Shown here: piece after piece, positions 21,521 to 24,000 of the stretch
Layout of the letters: each line of letters opens with the position of its first letter
Position numbering within the stretch: position 1 is the first letter of the stretch
Translations under genes and position numbers: made by a program
The notes under the pieces: model-generated
Databases searched by the model: none
What the model saw: only the letters and a program-made list of their open reading frames with translations
Told to the model about the DNA's origin: nothing
DNA from: Thermococcus sp. 2319x1
GTDB lineage: Archaea; Methanobacteriota_B; Thermococci; Thermococcales; Thermococcaceae
Direction: 5' to 3'
Assembly: GCF_001484685.1 (NCBI RefSeq)
Contig: NZ_CP012200.1
Coordinates: forward strand, 32,321 to 56,320
Length of the DNA: 24,000 bases

Positions 21521-21868
21521 TTAAAACTCAAACTCAACCCCATTTTCATCTCCTTCCCACAAGACGATTTTATACAGTTTAACATCCTGAGGTAAGTTTT
21601 CCTTAACTCTCTCAGCAATCCAGAGGGCGATGTTCTCGGTTGTGGGGTTTTCGAAAAGCTTGTTTAGATTTTTGTGCATCAAAGGTGCAACGGCGTTGTC
21701 TAAAATCCTTCTGAGCTCCAGAAAATCCATTATGTAACCTTCTTTTATTTCCCCTTCAATGAAAATTTCGCCTCTGAAAGTGTGTCCGTGAATCTCTTCA
21801 AGTTCTCCGTTTGTCTTTACCGCATGGGCGGCATCAAAGGTGAACTTTTCTCTAATCCTCGCTTTCAT
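21521..21868 (-). CDS. queD: 6-carboxy-5,6,7,8-tetrahydropterin synthase (QueD / PTPS family; archaeosine precursor pathway)
   Basis: FTFDAAH and the zinc-ligand motif HGHTF. About 115 aa from ATG 21868, preceded by GGTGGG. The ORF track starts at GTG 21877. Confidence 0.85.
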   Translation of the reverse strand: MKARIREKFTFDAAHAVKTNGELEEIHGHTFRGEIFIEGEIKEGYIMDFLELRRILDNAVAPLMHKNLNKLFENPTTENIALWIAERVKENLPQDVKLYKIVLWEGDENGVEFEF

Positions 21869-21922
21869 CTTTCCCACCGAAAGAGTTTTGGGTTTTGATA
21901 GTTAAAACACTTTGGTGATACC

Positions 21923-22192
21923 ATGGGTTGCGGGATTGAGGTTCCGGCACAGAGGGTTGTGGCTGGGGGATTGATAATTTATGTTGATAAGGAGAGCTTT
22001 TTCAAGCTCTTAGAGCTTAAAGAAAATCCTATAGTGGTGACTGGCGAGCTCTCTTCATCAAGCTTTGGTCTGAAAAAGATTAAAGTCACAATCATGCCTT
22101 TTGAGGGAGCTTTGATCGTTTACAGAGGAGAAGTGGAGTTGCCCGAAAAATGTTTACTCATCAAAGCCTCGGAGATCAACATGGGTAAGTGA
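21923..22192 (+). CDS. Hypothetical 89-aa protein (no family recognised)
   Basis: ATG is preceded by GGTGAT. Codon usage resembles its neighbours. It fills the gap between queD and metG and has no recognisable motif. Confidence 0.5.
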   Translation: MGCGIEVPAQRVVAGGLIIYVDKESFFKLLELKENPIVVTGELSSSSFGLKKIKVTIMPFEGALIVYRGEVELPEKCLLIKASEINMGK

Positions 22193-22300
22193 TTATGCAA
22201 TAGCAGATATATTTTTATGTGTGGAAAATAACTCACCGTAATATTTAAAATTGGCGAGAACTTATAAAGGACAGCAAGTTAGTTCTTGGGGGTGGTAGAG

Positions 22301-24000
22301 ATGAGATTCACTGTAACCTCCGCGTTGCCTTACGCTAATGGCCCCATACATGCAGGGCATCTAGCTGGCGCATATCTTCCGGCAGACATATTCGTACGCT
22401 ATCTGAGGCTAAAGGGGGAAGATGTTATTTTTATATGTGGAACGGACGAACATGGTACTCCGATAACTTTCAGGGCCTTAAAGGAAGGCAAAAGTCCAAG
22501 GGAGGTCGTAGATTATTACCACGAGCACATCAAAACGACATTTGAAAGGGCAAAGATAAGCTTTGATTATTTTGGGAGGACTGAACTTCCCGTCCATTAC
22601 AGGATAAGTCAGGAGTTCTTCTTGAAAGCCCTTGAGAATGGACACCTTGTTAAAAAAGTTGAAAAGCAGGCTTATTGTGAGCACGATAAAATGTTTTTGC
22701 CGGATAGATACGTTATTGGCACCTGTCCCTACTGTGGTGCAGAGGAGCAGAGGGGTGACCAATGTGAAGTGTGCGGTCACCCCCTTACCCCGGAGAAGCT
22801 CATAAACCCAAGGTGCAACATATGTGGAAATCCAATCACATTCAAGGATTCTGCCCATTACTACATAAAAATGCAGAATTTCCAGGAGAAGCTTAAAGGG
22901 TGGGTTCTAAGTCAGAAACACTGGAAGCCGAACGTCATAAATACAGTTTTGGGATGGATAAACGAGGGACTGGAAGAGAGGGCAATAACAAGAGACCTTA
23001 ACTGGGGAATTCCCGTACCTCTTGAAGACGAAGACGTCAAAGGGAAAGTCCTTTACGTTTGGTTTGAGGCGCCGATAGGTTATATCTCAATAACCGTTGA
23101 GTACTTTAAGAGGCTTGGAAAAGAAGAGGAATGGAAGAAATACTGGCTTAACATAGATGGCGAGACAAGAATAGTTCACTTCATCGGAAAGGATAACGTT
23201 CCATTCCACGCCATATTCTGGCCGGCGTTCTTAATGGCCTATGGCAAGTATAAAGATGAAAAAGGCGAGTTTGACTGGCTTCTGCCCTATGACATTCCCG
23301 CAAACGAGTACTTAAACTTAGAGGGCAGGAAGTTCTCAACGAGCAGGAACTGGGCTATATGGGTACATGAGTTTCTCGATGTATTTCCCGCGGACTACTT
23401 GAGGTATTACCTAACCGCCATAATGCCAGAAACGAGGGATAGCGATTTCAGCTTTGATGATTTCAAGAAGAAAATTAACGAAGAGCTCGTGAACAATCTT
23501 GGAAACTTCGTGCACAGGGCACTAACTTTTGTTAACAGGTATTTTGATGGAAAGGTTCCAGAACTCGGGGAACTTGATGACCTTGACAGGAAGGCATTTG
23601 AGGAGATAGAAAAAACATTCGTAGAGGTTGGTGAGTTGATATCAAACTACCAGTTCAAGGAGGCTCTTAAGAGGGTAATGGCACTTGCAATATTTGGCAA
23701 CCAGTACTTTGACTATCAGAAACCGTGGAAGACGGCTAAAACCGATAGAATTAGGACCGGAACAACGGTAAATGTGTCCCTCCAGATAGTTAAGGCATTG
23801 GGTATACTCCTTGAACCCTTCCTTCCGGACGCAAGTGAAGAGATATGGCACCTCTTAAACCTCGAAGAAGTCAAGAAGTGGAAGTTTGAGCCCCTTAAAC
23901 CGGGACACAGGGTCAGAAAAGCAGAGATCCTCTTTAGAAAGGTCAGCGATGAAGACATTATAGCTTACATAGTGAAGTACATAGGCAGGGGCAATCCAGA
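22301..24000 (+). CDS. metG: Methionine--tRNA ligase; 3' end lies outside the window
   Basis: I translated this by hand. ATG 22301 is preceded by GGGGGTGGT, and the frame stays open to the window edge. It has MRFTVTSALPYANGPIHAGHLAG (HIGH-type), zinc knuckles CPYCG...CEVCG...CNICG, and KFSTSRN (KMSKS-type). It is absent from the ORF track only because no stop lies in the window. Confidence 0.93.
   Translation, partial: MRFTVTSALPYANGPIHAGHLAGAYLPADIFVRYLRLKGEDVIFICGTDEHGTPITFRALKEGKSPREVVDYYHEHIKTTFERAKISFDYFGRTELPVHYRISQEFFLKALENGHLVKKVEKQAYCEHDKMFLPDRYVIGTCPYCGAEEQRGDQCEVCGHPLTPEKLINPRCNICGNPITFKDSAHYYIKMQNFQEKLKGWVLSQKHWKPNVINTVLGWINEGLEERAITRDLNWGIPVPLEDEDVKGKVLYVWFEAPIGYISITVEYFKRLGKEEEWKKYWLNIDGETRIVHFIGKDNVPFHAIFWPAFLMAYGKYKDEKGEFDWLLPYDIPANEYLNLEGRKFSTSRNWAIWVHEFLDVFPADYLRYYLTAIMPETRDSDFSFDDFKKKINEELVNNLGNFVHRALTFVNRYFDGKVPELGELDDLDRKAFEEIEKTFVEVGELISNYQFKEALKRVMALAIFGNQYFDYQKPWKTAKTDRIRTGTTVNVSLQIVKALGILLEPFLPDASEEIWHLLNLEEVKKWKFEPLKPGHRVRKAEILFRKVSDEDIIAYIVKYIGRGNP

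Noticed and set aside
22478-23958. Three minus-strand ORFs (126, 69 and 80 aa)
   Set aside because: They are antisense shadows inside the MetRS coding region.

Overview
This window looks like ordinary core chromosome from a hyperthermophilic euryarchaeon of the Thermococcales. My guess from memory is a low-GC Thermococcus of the litoralis/sibiricus/barophilus type. The evidence is AT-rich coding DNA around a very GC-rich rRNA operon, a ferredoxin nearly identical to the T. litoralis ferredoxin as I recall it, and the branched-polyamine synthase BpsA. The centre (about 4256-9316) is a 16S - tRNA-Ala(UGC) - 23S operon. It has no linked 5S and no introns, and long perfect inverted repeats bracket each rRNA as processing helices. 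All ORF-track entries inside it are GC-driven artefacts. The flanks carry tightly packed housekeeping genes: FAU-1 (5' partial), radB, an MBL-fold hydrolase, an overlapping ASCH / DUF1614-like / PRPP synthetase string, an MDP-1-like HAD phosphatase plus a DUF366-like protein, a polyprenol-kinase-like membrane protein, class I LysRS, a SAM methyltransferase, an iorB-like gene with no iorA, a DtxR-family repressor, an NCS2/AzgA purine permease, malic enzyme, diphthine synthase, BpsA, a DUF59 Fe-S assembly protein, a single-cluster ferredoxin, NAPRTase, QueD, an 89-aa orphan and MetRS. MetRS is 3' partial and is missing from the supplied ORF track because it has no in-window stop. I see no CRISPR array, mobile element, integrase, defence island or toxin-antitoxin pair, and no convincing novel multi-gene system. 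The best non-obvious signal is a probable unannotated C/D box sRNA on the minus strand at about 20208-20264. Secondary observations are an identical GAAUAA-loop hairpin in both rRNA leaders, a possible DtxR operator, a palindromic bidirectional TATA, the orphan iorB-like gene, and three convergent gene pairs whose coding 3' ends overlap.
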